A DNA stretch of 64,000 bases, from positions 64,001-128,000 of the forward strand of contig CAVUUR010000009.1 of the NCBI GenBank assembly GCA_963744715.1, given 5' to 3'. Each line of letters opens with the position of its first letter. Within the stretch, counting starts at the first letter, position 1. This stretch comes from an uncultured bacterium (GTDB lineage Bacteria; Babelota; Babeliae; Babelales; JACPOV01). The position numbers were made by a program, and so were the translations under genes. The notes beneath the pieces are model-generated. The model saw only the letters and a program-made list of their open reading frames with translations. It ran no database searches and was not told the origin of the DNA. Of the stretch, positions 1 through 9,867 are shown piece after piece.

Positions 1-1388
1 TTAAATGTCTGACTAAATGTAGGGATAGTAAAAGTATAGAGATTGTTTTTGGTATCCGTTATCTCCAGCCTATGCTCATTATCTAACGTATGTTCATTGT
101 AGCGCATATTTTTACACTCATCTTGCATCTCATTAGCATAGTAAGGCTTTTCGGGATTATCAGTATTGAAAATATATAATTCTGTTTGTTTGCCAACCGC
201 TAACGATTTACTATCCGGACTAAATGCTAAACAACTAATTTCATTGTTGCAGCCAGAAAGGGCAAAATAAGTTTTTCCCTTTTTAAAATCAAGAATTTGA
301 AGAGGTCTAAAATAAGGGCAACCCTGCTCAATTGGTGTAGGGACTGATTGCCTTAGTGCTACTGCTACAAAGTTATTATCCGGGCTACTGAGTAAAGAAA
401 TGACCTGCTGAGAAATTCTTTCAGGGCCCGTATGATAAACTTCGTAATATCCAATGTCTTCTGGGTTGAGAATATCAAAGATTTCAATATCATTGTTAGA
501 TGAGTATGTGACTGCCAAAAATCGTCCATCCTGGCTCGATACTACATCAGTGATATCATTTTTTCGATTATGCCTGATTTCAAATGATGCATCATGGATA
601 TTACTTATAGCAAGTTTATTGTTAGGCAAAATTGCTACTGACCACAGATTATCGGGAGTTTCCGCGCTTTTCGCATTATGATCTGAAAAATATTGCTCAG
701 AATTATCTAGAAGGTATGGGGCAGAATTATCTGTTGCAAGATCTATGAGGGAGTTCACAGACATATAATCTGCAGGCCTTAGCAGTTCTTGAAAACTGGA
801 GATTTGTTGTTGTGTAGCGCTTGGTCTTTGAATAGTTACATAATGCTGCATAACTTCTTGCGCTTCAACGATGTTATTAATGGGTGATAAAATAGTCTCG
901 GTTAGATCTTGTTTTATTTCACCGGGTAGAGTATCACATTCTTCACATATAGAAGGAGTAAATTTTGGTATTCGGTCGATGAGCGCTCTCGTAGAATGGT
1001 TGAGCAATTTTTGAATTTTAAGATAGGAAGCATTTTTTATAATCTCGATAAGCTCGTTTGGATCGTAGGTATCGAAGCAGGTATTAAGTTTTTTATTTGT
1101 ATTTTGACCTTCTGATATAATCCTAGATAACTTCAAAACGATATTCAATTGATCAGATGAAAAGGGAAGCTGAATTACATTTTCATCATCATTAAGGTTA
1201 TGACTAAACTCTTTTATAGTGAGACTTTGGTTTTTTAGCACATTAAAATTATCAGCAGATATGGAACAGAATTTAGAGTCATTGGTAAAGAATCTATAAT
1301 TTTGGTTAGATAATTCCATAGCGTTGCAAACGGGAAAAAAGATCCCTAGAAGCACAACTATTTTCACACTTTGCATAGGTAGATTCAT
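1..1388 (-). CDS. Secreted WD40-repeat protein with a possible Skp1/BTB-like N-terminal region and an F-box-like motif; partial, runs off the left edge
   Basis: Not in the ORF track. Manual translation from ATG 1388: MNLPMQSVKIVVLLGIFFPVCNAMELSNQNYRFFTNDSKF...SLTIKEF...NVIQLPF; in-frame CDTLPGEIKQDL; WD-like segments DVVSSQDGRFLAV and EISCLAFSPDSKSLAVG. Confidence 0.75.
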   Translation of the reverse strand, partial: MNLPMQSVKIVVLLGIFFPVCNAMELSNQNYRFFTNDSKFCSISADNFNVLKNQSLTIKEFSHNLNDDENVIQLPFSSDQLNIVLKLSRIISEGQNTNKKLNTCFDTYDPNELIEIIKNASYLKIQKLLNHSTRALIDRIPKFTPSICEECDTLPGEIKQDLTETILSPINNIVEAQEVMQHYVTIQRPSATQQQISSFQELLRPADYMSVNSLIDLATDNSAPYLLDNSEQYFSDHNAKSAETPDNLWSVAILPNNKLAISNIHDASFEIRHNRKNDITDVVSSQDGRFLAVTYSSNNDIEIFDILNPEDIGYYEVYHTGPERISQQVISLLSSPDNNFVAVALRQSVPTPIEQGCPYFRPLQILDFKKGKTYFALSGCNNEISCLAFSPDSKSLAVGKQTELYIFNTDNPEKPYYANEMQDECKNMRYNEHTLDNEHRLEITDTKNNLYTFTIPTFSQTF

Positions 1389-1557
1389 AAACAACCTTAA
1401 TTATGTTTTTTGAAAAGCCGACAATACAAAAAAAGCTGATGCATTATACTATAGCGAGTGACGTTAGTCAAAAAAAGATTTTTATGCATATAATTTTTTT
1501 GTTTAACAATTCCACAGCAATTTTTAATTGTGTAGCTATTGTTTCTAATACGATGAA

Positions 1558-3168
1558 TTACGGGTTATTTTTTATGCATGCAGTTTTTGATTTTTTAACT
1601 GATTTTTTAGACGGTTGTTTTTTGGTTGATAGGCCGAGATGTGCAAGTTGTTTTTCAGCAGTAGTTTCTTGATCGTTTTTAATATCAAGCTTCGCTCCAT
1701 GTTCTAGTAAAAGTTGGACCATTTCCTGTGAGCTTGCACTATGAAGAGGTGTATTGAGTTTATAATCTTGAATATTAACGCGTGCATTATGCTTTAATAA
1801 AAATTCTGTTGTTGCAAGTAAATTTTTTTGTACCGCATAATAAAGCAAGGTTTTTCTAGCACCATCGCGTACATTAATAAAATCAACAAAAGTTTTTGAA
1901 GCTCTTGTATAAAAATCTTCTAGTTGTTTTAAAATAGCATTGTCGCTTTTGGTTACTACCGTAGGATCTTGTGGTAAATCCATCATATGATCTCTAAGTT
2001 TTTCAAATTGATTTTTGATTAAAGGGTCAACTAGATTTTTTAATGGTTTATTATGATGTTCTTTGAAACGCTGAAGGGATTTTTGTGGATCTTCTACTAC
2101 ATAAGACCAAGTTCTTGGTGAAAGAACAGATAAAAAGGGCGTATTATTAAAACGTGAATCTACCCATGTGTGGTCGCTACCAAGATCAGTAACTGCTTTG
2201 CCACCAAATTGATTTATAAGTGTTTCTGATACTACATCACAATGATTTGCTCCTGCATACATAATGGTATGATCGTAATCTGATGCAAAAATCTTAATCA
2301 AAAATTCAGCATCAGCAATTCTTACATAATGTTTATATAATTCATTTAAAAACTGTTTCTTTATCGGATCTTGCTCAATTGATTGACGAAATTGTAGTAC
2401 TTCAATATCAGGGTTTTGAGTAAGAATATCAGTAAAATAGACATAAAGGGGTTTTACATGCTGATTAGAAAAATTTTGCCAAATTAATGATAGTGGTTGA
2501 TCATAGGTTTTGAATGCATGGTTTTGAACTTCTTGCAAATCCAGGAATGCTTTAGATTGATTACCATATAATTCTTGTATATTTTTAGTATAAAGAGCTA
2601 GTTTTTGATTGAGATGAGGAACCTGTTCTATGGTTCCATCATCACGTACTAGCGGCATCGTTGCGGATCGCAACTTGTCGATAGGTTGTAATAATATCTC
2701 AAATCGCCATGGGCTTATGCGATACGTATCACTACTTTTAAACACAAGCGACTTTTTTTTGTCAGGACTGAACTCATCCATGATTTGATGTCCATATCTC
2801 AACCACAGTGCTCTTATAGGATCATTTATTGCTATTGATTTTGTTGGCGGTACGTATTCCCATAAAAGTTCTATCGGTTTTTTTTGTTCAGCTAATCTGC
2901 GCAAGGTTATAAGCAACGTTCTTTCTGCCGTCGTAAAAGCTTCTTTTTCTTCTTCTGCAAGATATTGTTGTTTCCCACGTGATGGGTTCTTCACTAATTC
3001 CTGAACAGCAATGTGTGTATCATATATTAAATCAATGGTTTTAATAATGGTTTTATTACCAGGGCTTGTAAGGATAATTCTTCTTAATCGAAAAGGATAT
3101 GCAATGAGATACCCAGAACTCATAAGGAGAAGAATAGTGCATACTATTTTTTTATATGCAATTACCAT
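1558..3168 (-). CDS. Secreted protein with C-terminal ankyrin repeats
   Basis: N-terminal hydrophobic signal; ankyrin consensus TLLYYAV...LLKHNARVNIQD...NTPLHSA...LLLEHGA. Confidence 0.8.
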   Translation of the reverse strand: MVIAYKKIVCTILLLMSSGYLIAYPFRLRRIILTSPGNKTIIKTIDLIYDTHIAVQELVKNPSRGKQQYLAEEEKEAFTTAERTLLITLRRLAEQKKPIELLWEYVPPTKSIAINDPIRALWLRYGHQIMDEFSPDKKKSLVFKSSDTYRISPWRFEILLQPIDKLRSATMPLVRDDGTIEQVPHLNQKLALYTKNIQELYGNQSKAFLDLQEVQNHAFKTYDQPLSLIWQNFSNQHVKPLYVYFTDILTQNPDIEVLQFRQSIEQDPIKKQFLNELYKHYVRIADAEFLIKIFASDYDHTIMYAGANHCDVVSETLINQFGGKAVTDLGSDHTWVDSRFNNTPFLSVLSPRTWSYVVEDPQKSLQRFKEHHNKPLKNLVDPLIKNQFEKLRDHMMDLPQDPTVVTKSDNAILKQLEDFYTRASKTFVDFINVRDGARKTLLYYAVQKNLLATTEFLLKHNARVNIQDYKLNTPLHSASSQEMVQLLLEHGAKLDIKNDQETTAEKQLAHLGLSTKKQPSKKSVKKSKTACIKNNP

Positions 3169-3265
3169 GATAACCCTTTGTCGTTAATGCTATTAGCAAT
3201 TTCTTTATTTAAGGTATCATGTATAGATAGTGAAATGCAATAAAAAATAATCTGATATGAATTTT

Positions 3266-5509
3266 TTACGAGAGAGATTGAACAAATGCGGCTTTAATTT
3301 TTTTTAAGCCTGTTTTAAAGTGGACCGTTAGTACCGTTTCATCATTGCGTTGTTCAATAGTTTTGATAATGCCAACACCAAAGGTTGCATGTTTAACGGA
3401 TTGATAAGGTTTCCAGGAAACTTCCTTATCCGTTCGATGTGCACTAGTTCGGGTAATAGTACTACGTTCTTTTTTGTGTGCAGATCCAAAGGTTACCAAT
3501 GAAGAAGGATGTATCGTTGTAGTGTTGAACAACCATTGTGAAAAAAATTCATTAAAATTGCTTTCATTCCAATAAGAACAATCAACACGTTGTGCTAAAT
3601 GATCAGGAATTTCATTTAAAAATCGTGAGCATACTTGATCAGTCATGGTGCCAAAGGTATAACGATACCGTGCATGCGATAATAATAAACGCTCTTTTGC
3701 GCGCGTAATACCTACATAAAAAAGACGCCGTTCTTCTTCTATAGTTTCTTGTTGTTGTATTGAATGCATGCTTGGGAATAATCCCTCTTCAAGGCCGGTT
3801 AAGCATACCGTATCAAATTCCAATCCTTTTGCCGCATGAAGGGTCATTAATTGCACCTTATGCTCTGCATTATTATCTGATGCTATTTTTTCTTGCATGA
3901 GTGCAACATGGTTAAGAAAATCAAGAGCAGTTGTTAATCCATTTTGTTCAAAATGTGCCATTGCTCGTAATAATTCTTTAACGTTGTCAATTTTTGCTTC
4001 CGCTTCTTGTTTATCAAATGCATTATGCAAATAATTGAAATAATGTATTTTTTCGATGATTGATTCGAGTAATTCGCGCGGTTTATCAAGAGCAGTTTTA
4101 CCTTCAAATAACCGTAAAAATTCTTTTAAGGTAGTTTTTTTTGATGCTGGAATAAGATCTTTCTTAATTAAAAAATCAGCTACATCAGCATAGTTATAAA
4201 ATGGTTGTTGATCCCATTGCTCTACAAAAAAATCTTGGAATTTGTCGCCCAATCCACGATGCGGACAATTTATAATGCGCAATAATGAAACCCGATCAAA
4301 AGGATTAACCACGATGCGGATATAGGCCAAAAGATCTTTTATTTCTTTTCGTTCATAAAATTGAATGCCGCCAATGATCGTATACGGAATTGAATTTCTA
4401 ATTAATGCCTCTTCAATAGCGCGTGATTGATAATGTGCTCGATATAAAATGGCACAGGTATTTAATGAATATTTTTTTTTCAACTGTTTTAATGCATGGC
4501 AAATAGCATCACCTTCTTGATAGCCAGAATTGCAATGAAGGATACGAATGCGATCATGAGCATTGCGCTCAGACCATAACTCTTTAGGATTGCGTTGTTT
4601 GTTATGATTTATAACCGTATTAGCCGCTTGTAAAATTGGCAGAACTGAACGGTAATTTTGTTCAATAGTAATAACCGTAGTATCTGGAAAATCACGATTA
4701 AAATTAAGAATATTAGCAACCGTTGCGCCACGCCAGGAATAAATTGATTGATCTTCATCACCAACAACGCACAGTGAATCGATATTAAACTGTTTATTTT
4801 TTAAGGTCATTGCTTTTAATAATTCATGTTGCACAACGTTAGTATCCTGATACTCATCTACCAAAATATGCCGAACGGTTTGTTGAAACTGTTCTTTAAA
4901 CGTAGTATTGGTAGAAAATAAATTCAGAATTTGTAGTAGAAGATCATCAAAATCAAAACATTTGCTTTGCCGTTTTGCTTGTTCATACAATTGATAGATT
5001 TGTTTAACGAGTGGATCGATATACGCAGTATCATCGGGAATATTATTTTTCAATGAACTGATGTGATACAATACTTGTTTGACACTCATCCGTTTTTCAA
5101 GTCCTGCCTTTTTTACAAGACTCGTTACTAACGCTTGTTGATCATCAGCATCTAAAATCGTAAATTGATCGATGCCAAGTAAGTTTGCATGTAATTTTAA
5201 TAAATATAAACAGTACGCGTGAAAGGTGCCAATAAACGGTTTTCTGCTACCAACGGGAAGAAATTCTGCAATCCGTTCCTTCATTTCTCCGGCGGCTTTG
5301 TTGGTAAACGTTAATGCAATAATGCGTTCGGCACCAATATGCTCATTAAGTATTAAGTGAACGATGCGTGTTGTAATAACGCGGGTTTTGCCCGAGCCGG
5401 CACCAGCAATAACAAGCAACGGGCCTTGTGTATGCACAACCGCTTTTTGTTGTTCACTATTTAAATTGATCGAAAAAAAATTGTGATTAGTAGTATCTTC
5501 TTCACGCAT
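3266..5509 (-). CDS. pcrA: ATP-dependent DNA helicase PcrA/UvrD
   Basis: AGAGSGKT, TFTNKAA, VDEYQD, VGDEDQSIYSWRGA, TLHAAKGLEF, EERRLFYVGITRA. Confidence 0.95.
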   Translation of the reverse strand: MREEDTTNHNFFSINLNSEQQKAVVHTQGPLLVIAGAGSGKTRVITTRIVHLILNEHIGAERIIALTFTNKAAGEMKERIAEFLPVGSRKPFIGTFHAYCLYLLKLHANLLGIDQFTILDADDQQALVTSLVKKAGLEKRMSVKQVLYHISSLKNNIPDDTAYIDPLVKQIYQLYEQAKRQSKCFDFDDLLLQILNLFSTNTTFKEQFQQTVRHILVDEYQDTNVVQHELLKAMTLKNKQFNIDSLCVVGDEDQSIYSWRGATVANILNFNRDFPDTTVITIEQNYRSVLPILQAANTVINHNKQRNPKELWSERNAHDRIRILHCNSGYQEGDAICHALKQLKKKYSLNTCAILYRAHYQSRAIEEALIRNSIPYTIIGGIQFYERKEIKDLLAYIRIVVNPFDRVSLLRIINCPHRGLGDKFQDFFVEQWDQQPFYNYADVADFLIKKDLIPASKKTTLKEFLRLFEGKTALDKPRELLESIIEKIHYFNYLHNAFDKQEAEAKIDNVKELLRAMAHFEQNGLTTALDFLNHVALMQEKIASDNNAEHKVQLMTLHAAKGLEFDTVCLTGLEEGLFPSMHSIQQQETIEEERRLFYVGITRAKERLLLSHARYRYTFGTMTDQVCSRFLNEIPDHLAQRVDCSYWNESNFNEFFSQWLFNTTTIHPSSLVTFGSAHKKERSTITRTSAHRTDKEVSWKPYQSVKHATFGVGIIKTIEQRNDETVLTVHFKTGLKKIKAAFVQSLS

Positions 5510-5563
5510 GCACTTAGTGTAAAATATTTTTGTAATTAGTGAAGAAATTTCCGTTGATTATGC

Positions 5564-5608
5564 AAAAAATGTGACAAGGGAGTACAAAAAATTACTCCCT
5601 TGTTACAT
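5564..5608 (-). terminator. Rho-independent terminator after the 5616-6602 gene
   Basis: Stem ATGTGACAAGGGAGTA / TACTCCCTTGTTACAT with a T-tract on the minus strand. Confidence 0.75.
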
Positions 5609-5615
5609 GTGTATA

Positions 5616-6602
5616 TTATTTTGAGCCCGTTAAAAACGCTGGTGTAAGATTGCCTAATAAATATGAACCCCAACCGTCTTCTGTTTCATTCTCCAATCTT
5701 TTTTTCATGTGGGCATATTCAGCTAAAAGTTTTTGGTGTTTATTTTTAAGTTCTTTAATAAGCGATTCATTATTTTTTAAACTTTCGCCTTTTTGGAAGC
5801 GTTCTTCTACCGATGATTGCGGAGTTAATTGTTTTCTGATTTCTTCATTATTTTCTAAGGTTCGTTTGATTACTGCTTCTAAGCGTTTTATTTCGAGATC
5901 TAATCGATCCTTGCGTGTAGATCTTCTTTCCTCTAATATATCGTTTGCGTTTTCTATGCAAACAGTTGTTAAATCAATATTCTCTATTTCTTTTGCAATG
6001 GTATCTCGTTGTAACTTTAGTTTTGTAATTCCGTCTTCTAGTTGTTTTTTTTGACCCATTATTGCTAATATTTGTTTATCAATATTGGAATCTTCTTCTT
6101 GTTTGAATTTTTTTAAGGCTTCTTGCTCTTGCCGTACTTTTTTATTTGATTGAATTCTTAATGATTTTTTCTTGAAATATTGATAATCAATATCGTCAAC
6201 TTTAGGTTGATTTTCATCATCACTTAAATCGTCAGCTAATCCATATAAGTTATTTTTTACTTTTTCCTTATCATGATTTTGAAGTTTTTTAAGAGCTAGA
6301 TAGTGTTTTTTTAATTGGAGTACAAGATTTTGTTTGTTAGGATTTTGTTCCAATAAGTATGTAGTTATCCGAATTACCTGTGTTCGTAGCGATATCATTT
6401 CTTGTGGGTTATTTAATTTTTTTTTCTCTTTGATTTGTTTGTGCATTGAAGTTAATTCTTCCCATAAATTTTGCGATTCATCTTGAGCTTGTATCGGTTG
6501 ATTTGTTATGGTCAAAGCATCTAATTGATTACTGATATCCATTGCGTATACGCTGTGCAACGAAGTTATTGCAAATATGGAAAAAATAATAGATTTGTTC
6601 AT
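5616..6602 (-). CDS. Secreted coiled-coil hypothetical protein
   Basis: Likely start MNKSIIFS...VYA/MD; K/E-rich heptad pattern. Confidence 0.75.
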   Translation of the reverse strand: MNKSIIFSIFAITSLHSVYAMDISNQLDALTITNQPIQAQDESQNLWEELTSMHKQIKEKKKLNNPQEMISLRTQVIRITTYLLEQNPNKQNLVLQLKKHYLALKKLQNHDKEKVKNNLYGLADDLSDDENQPKVDDIDYQYFKKKSLRIQSNKKVRQEQEALKKFKQEEDSNIDKQILAIMGQKKQLEDGITKLKLQRDTIAKEIENIDLTTVCIENANDILEERRSTRKDRLDLEIKRLEAVIKRTLENNEEIRKQLTPQSSVEERFQKGESLKNNESLIKELKNKHQKLLAEYAHMKKRLENETEDGWGSYLLGNLTPAFLTGSK

Positions 6603-6713
6603 AAAAGAAACCCTTTTTTTAAGAAGATGAGACATCAATACTAAACACACCATAATGTAGTATGGTTATATATTAAATTGCTAGATTAGTATAGAATTTG
6701 ATAACTGATTTTT

Positions 6714-7823
6714 TTATTCTGGTTTCCAGGTATCGAGGTAATCAATCAATGGTTGCAAGCCTTGTGCAGTTAAGGCAGAAATTACCACATGCGGTTGATA
6801 TTGCATAAGAGCTTCTTGCACTTGAGGAGTCATGGTTACTTTGTCAATTTTATTAAATACGTAGAGTATTTTTTTATCAACATCTAAATCATGTAAAATG
6901 GTGTGCACAATAGTTATTTGCTGTTGCCACGTTGGATCAGAAATATCAACGACATGAAGCAACAAATTGGCATATTGCAATTCTGACAATGTTGATTTAA
7001 ATGCTTCTATTAAATGGTGTGGCAATTGTTGAATAAAGCCAACGGTGTCTGAAATGAGTCCTTTTTTAACACTATTAATAAAAAGTTCTCGCGTTGTGGT
7101 ATCAAGGGTTGCGAAAAGTTTATCTTCTGCCAATACATTACTTTTAGTGAGCATATTAAGAATGGTTGATTTGCCCGTATTGGTGTAGCCAACTAAGCAA
7201 AAAAGTGGAATATTACTTTTTAACCGTTGTTTGCGTTGTGTTTCACGCGTTTTGTGTAATTGTTCTAAATGTTTCTTTAATTTTAAAATATGTTCTTCAA
7301 TGTGGCGACGTTCTTTTTCTTTGGCGGTTTCACCAAAACCACCACGAATTCCCATAACACCCGATTGTTGAGATAAATGAATTCCTTTTCCAGAAAGACG
7401 GGATTTTCGGTACTCTAACGAAGCAATATTAATTTGAGCTTTTGCTTCCGCCGAATGTGCAGCTTTTTCAAAAATTTCTAAAATTAATTCGGTGCGATCA
7501 AATATTCTACAGTGGAGATAATCGGCAAGGTTGCGTTCTTGCTGTGGGCTCAATGGCTCTGAAATAACAACTTCATCAATATTTTTTTCATCACATACTT
7601 TTTTTATTGCGTCAAGGTGCCCTTCGGTAATAAAGGTTCCAGCATCAATAGTGCGTAATTTGATATACATAATATCATCATATTGAAGGCCATTGGATCT
7701 TACCAGATTAACAAATTCTTCATAATATGATTGAAGGTAGCCGGTTTTATTGTAAGGAGCTTGAATTGCGACTAATAAAATTTTAGGGCGATAATCAGAA
7801 GCTTGGTAGTGGGTATGTGCCAT
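6714..7823 (-). CDS. hflX: GTPase HflX
   Basis: GYTNTGKS, LFATLDTT, DTVGFI, NKID; likely start ATG 7823. Confidence 0.95.
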   Translation of the reverse strand: MAHTHYQASDYRPKILLVAIQAPYNKTGYLQSYYEEFVNLVRSNGLQYDDIMYIKLRTIDAGTFITEGHLDAIKKVCDEKNIDEVVISEPLSPQQERNLADYLHCRIFDRTELILEIFEKAAHSAEAKAQINIASLEYRKSRLSGKGIHLSQQSGVMGIRGGFGETAKEKERRHIEEHILKLKKHLEQLHKTRETQRKQRLKSNIPLFCLVGYTNTGKSTILNMLTKSNVLAEDKLFATLDTTTRELFINSVKKGLISDTVGFIQQLPHHLIEAFKSTLSELQYANLLLHVVDISDPTWQQQITIVHTILHDLDVDKKILYVFNKIDKVTMTPQVQEALMQYQPHVVISALTAQGLQPLIDYLDTWKPE

Positions 7824-8001
7824 GGGTGTATTACCTAAAAAAAGTACAATAGTTATTTCTACTGGTAGCATACGTGAATTATCGGTAAAAGGAAAGGGGT
7901 TGAATTGCTGCGATGGACTTTATTTTATCTTCTTTTCTGATATACTGAGCGTATAAATTAATGTTATTCAAAGTACCTGTTACATTATCTGATAAAAAAC
8001 T

Positions 8002-9333
8002 ATGTTTACCTCGTTATCCAGTACCTTTTCTTCTATTTTTTCTCGTATTACCGGGCAACGGTATTTAAGTGAAAAAAATATTGAACAAACGATTGCTCAG
8101 GTTCAGCAAGCACTTATTGAAGCTGACGTTCCTTATGCGGTTGTCCAAAAATTTATTGAAGAAATAAAACATGAGGTTATAGGTCAAAAGGTGCGTTCAT
8201 CCCTGAATGCGGGAGAACAACTCATTAAGATTGTCCATGATAAACTGGTCGTTTTTTTAGGTAGTAAAACCGATAGTTCCCTGTCTGCGTTTTCCAATCC
8301 AGGAATTGTTATAGTGATGGGTTTGCAGGGTTCCGGTAAAACAACAACTATTGGTAAAATAGCCCATAATCTGCTTGAGCAGGCAAAAGCGAACGGAAAA
8401 TCGGTAAAAATTGCTTTTGCTTCCGTTGATTTTTATCGGCCTGCCGCCAGAGAACAATTGGAAATATTGGCGCAAAAAGTAGGGGCTGCTTGGTTTAATT
8501 GCGCAAGCACGGATCCTTTGCGAGCTGCACAGGATGCGTTGGCATACTACAAACATAACAAGGTTGACCTTCTTTTTCTTGATACGGCGGGGCGTTTGCA
8601 CGTTGATCGAGCTATGCTTGATGAGTTAAAAGCTATTACTAATGCCGTTAACCCTCATTACAAATTATTAGTATTGGATGCCATGACCGGCCAAGAATCT
8701 TTACGCGTTGCGCAGGCATTTGATCAAGAAATTGGATTTAATGCAGGCATTTTAACAAAACTTGATAGTGATACGCGTGCGGGTGCTGCATTTGCTTTTC
8801 GTTATCAGATACAAAAACCGCTTATTTTTGTAGGAACCGGGGAAAAAATGGAAGATTTAGAGCCATTTAGGCCGGAGCGTATTGCCAGTCGAATGCTTGG
8901 CATGGGGGATGTGCAAAGTTTACTTGAACGAGCGAAACAAAAAATTAAGCAAGAAGATCAAAAAGAAGCAGAGCAAGCTTTTTTGAAGGGGGAATTAACA
9001 CTCCAAGATTTTTCCAAGCAAATGGATATGTTAAGTCGATTGGGGTCGATTTCCAGTGTTTTACAATATATACCAGGTATGAATGCTGCTAAACTATCTC
9101 CTGATATGATTGCTCAGGGAGAAAAACAGATAAAAAGGTTTAAGGCTATTGTATCTTCGATGACCTTAAAAGAACGGTTGAATACTGGATTGCTTAATAG
9201 TTCTAGGAAGCAACGGATTGCCAAAGGGGCAGGAGTTGCAGTTTCAGAAATCAATCTTTTGTTAGAACGATTTGAACAAACTAAGCATTTTGTTAAACTT
9301 TTTAAGAAGTCAGGACGTTTTCCTGGTTTTTAA
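8002..9333 (+). CDS. ffh: Signal recognition particle protein
   Basis: [31 protein letters not shown] domain. Confidence 0.97.
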   Translation: MFTSLSSTFSSIFSRITGQRYLSEKNIEQTIAQVQQALIEADVPYAVVQKFIEEIKHEVIGQKVRSSLNAGEQLIKIVHDKLVVFLGSKTDSSLSAFSNPGIVIVMGLQGSGKTTTIGKIAHNLLEQAKANGKSVKIAFASVDFYRPAAREQLEILAQKVGAAWFNCASTDPLRAAQDALAYYKHNKVDLLFLDTAGRLHVDRAMLDELKAITNAVNPHYKLLVLDAMTGQESLRVAQAFDQEIGFNAGILTKLDSDTRAGAAFAFRYQIQKPLIFVGTGEKMEDLEPFRPERIASRMLGMGDVQSLLERAKQKIKQEDQKEAEQAFLKGELTLQDFSKQMDMLSRLGSISSVLQYIPGMNAAKLSPDMIAQGEKQIKRFKAIVSSMTLKERLNTGLLNSSRKQRIAKGAGVAVSEINLLLERFEQTKHFVKLFKKSGRFPGF

Positions 9334-9374
9334 TGATTGATACATTATTATTTTATTATGAAAGGATTAACTGC

Positions 9375-9623
9375 ATGTCAGTTAAAATTAGATTAGCACG
9401 TTTGGGTAAAAAAAATGCTCCCTTTTTTCGTATTGTAGCTATCGATTCACGTAAAAAACGTGATGGTAAATTTATTGAAGATTTGGGCACCTATAACCCA
9501 TTAACGGGCCAATTGGTAAAGTTCCATGAAGAACGTATTAACGATTGGATTAGCAAGGGCGCGATACCTTCTCCTACCGTTCGTAGACTTCATAAAGAAC
9601 ATAAGAAAATAGATCAAAATTAG
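9375..9623 (+). CDS. rpsP: 30S ribosomal protein S16
   Basis: [13 protein letters not shown]...[14 protein letters not shown]. Confidence 0.97.
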   Translation: MSVKIRLARLGKKNAPFFRIVAIDSRKKRDGKFIEDLGTYNPLTGQLVKFHEERINDWISKGAIPSPTVRRLHKEHKKIDQN

Positions 9624-9633
9624 GTTAATATTC

Positions 9634-9867
9634 ATGTTAAAACAGTTAGTTGATTACGTGGTTAGGCAATTAGTGGACAAGCCTGAAAATGTTCTTGTAG
9701 AAGTTTTTGATGAAACATCTCAGGTAGTTGTCCATATAAAGGTTGCGCTTGATGATTTTAAACGTGTTATTGGTAAAGATGGACGCGTTATAAAGGCCAT
9801 TAGAGCTATGGCTTTTATTGTTAACCCTTCTCCTGAAAAGCAAATTATTGTTGATATTGTAAAATAA
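9634..9867 (+). CDS. khpA: KH-domain RNA-binding protein KhpA/YlqC
   Basis: VIGKDGRVIKAIR; canonical position after rpsP. Confidence 0.88.
   Translation: MLKQLVDYVVRQLVDKPENVLVEVFDETSQVVVHIKVALDDFKRVIGKDGRVIKAIRAMAFIVNPSPEKQIIVDIVK

Noticed and set aside
454..681. 75-aa plus-strand ORF, and 1403-1672
   Set aside because: Antisense shadows of the real minus-strand genes.
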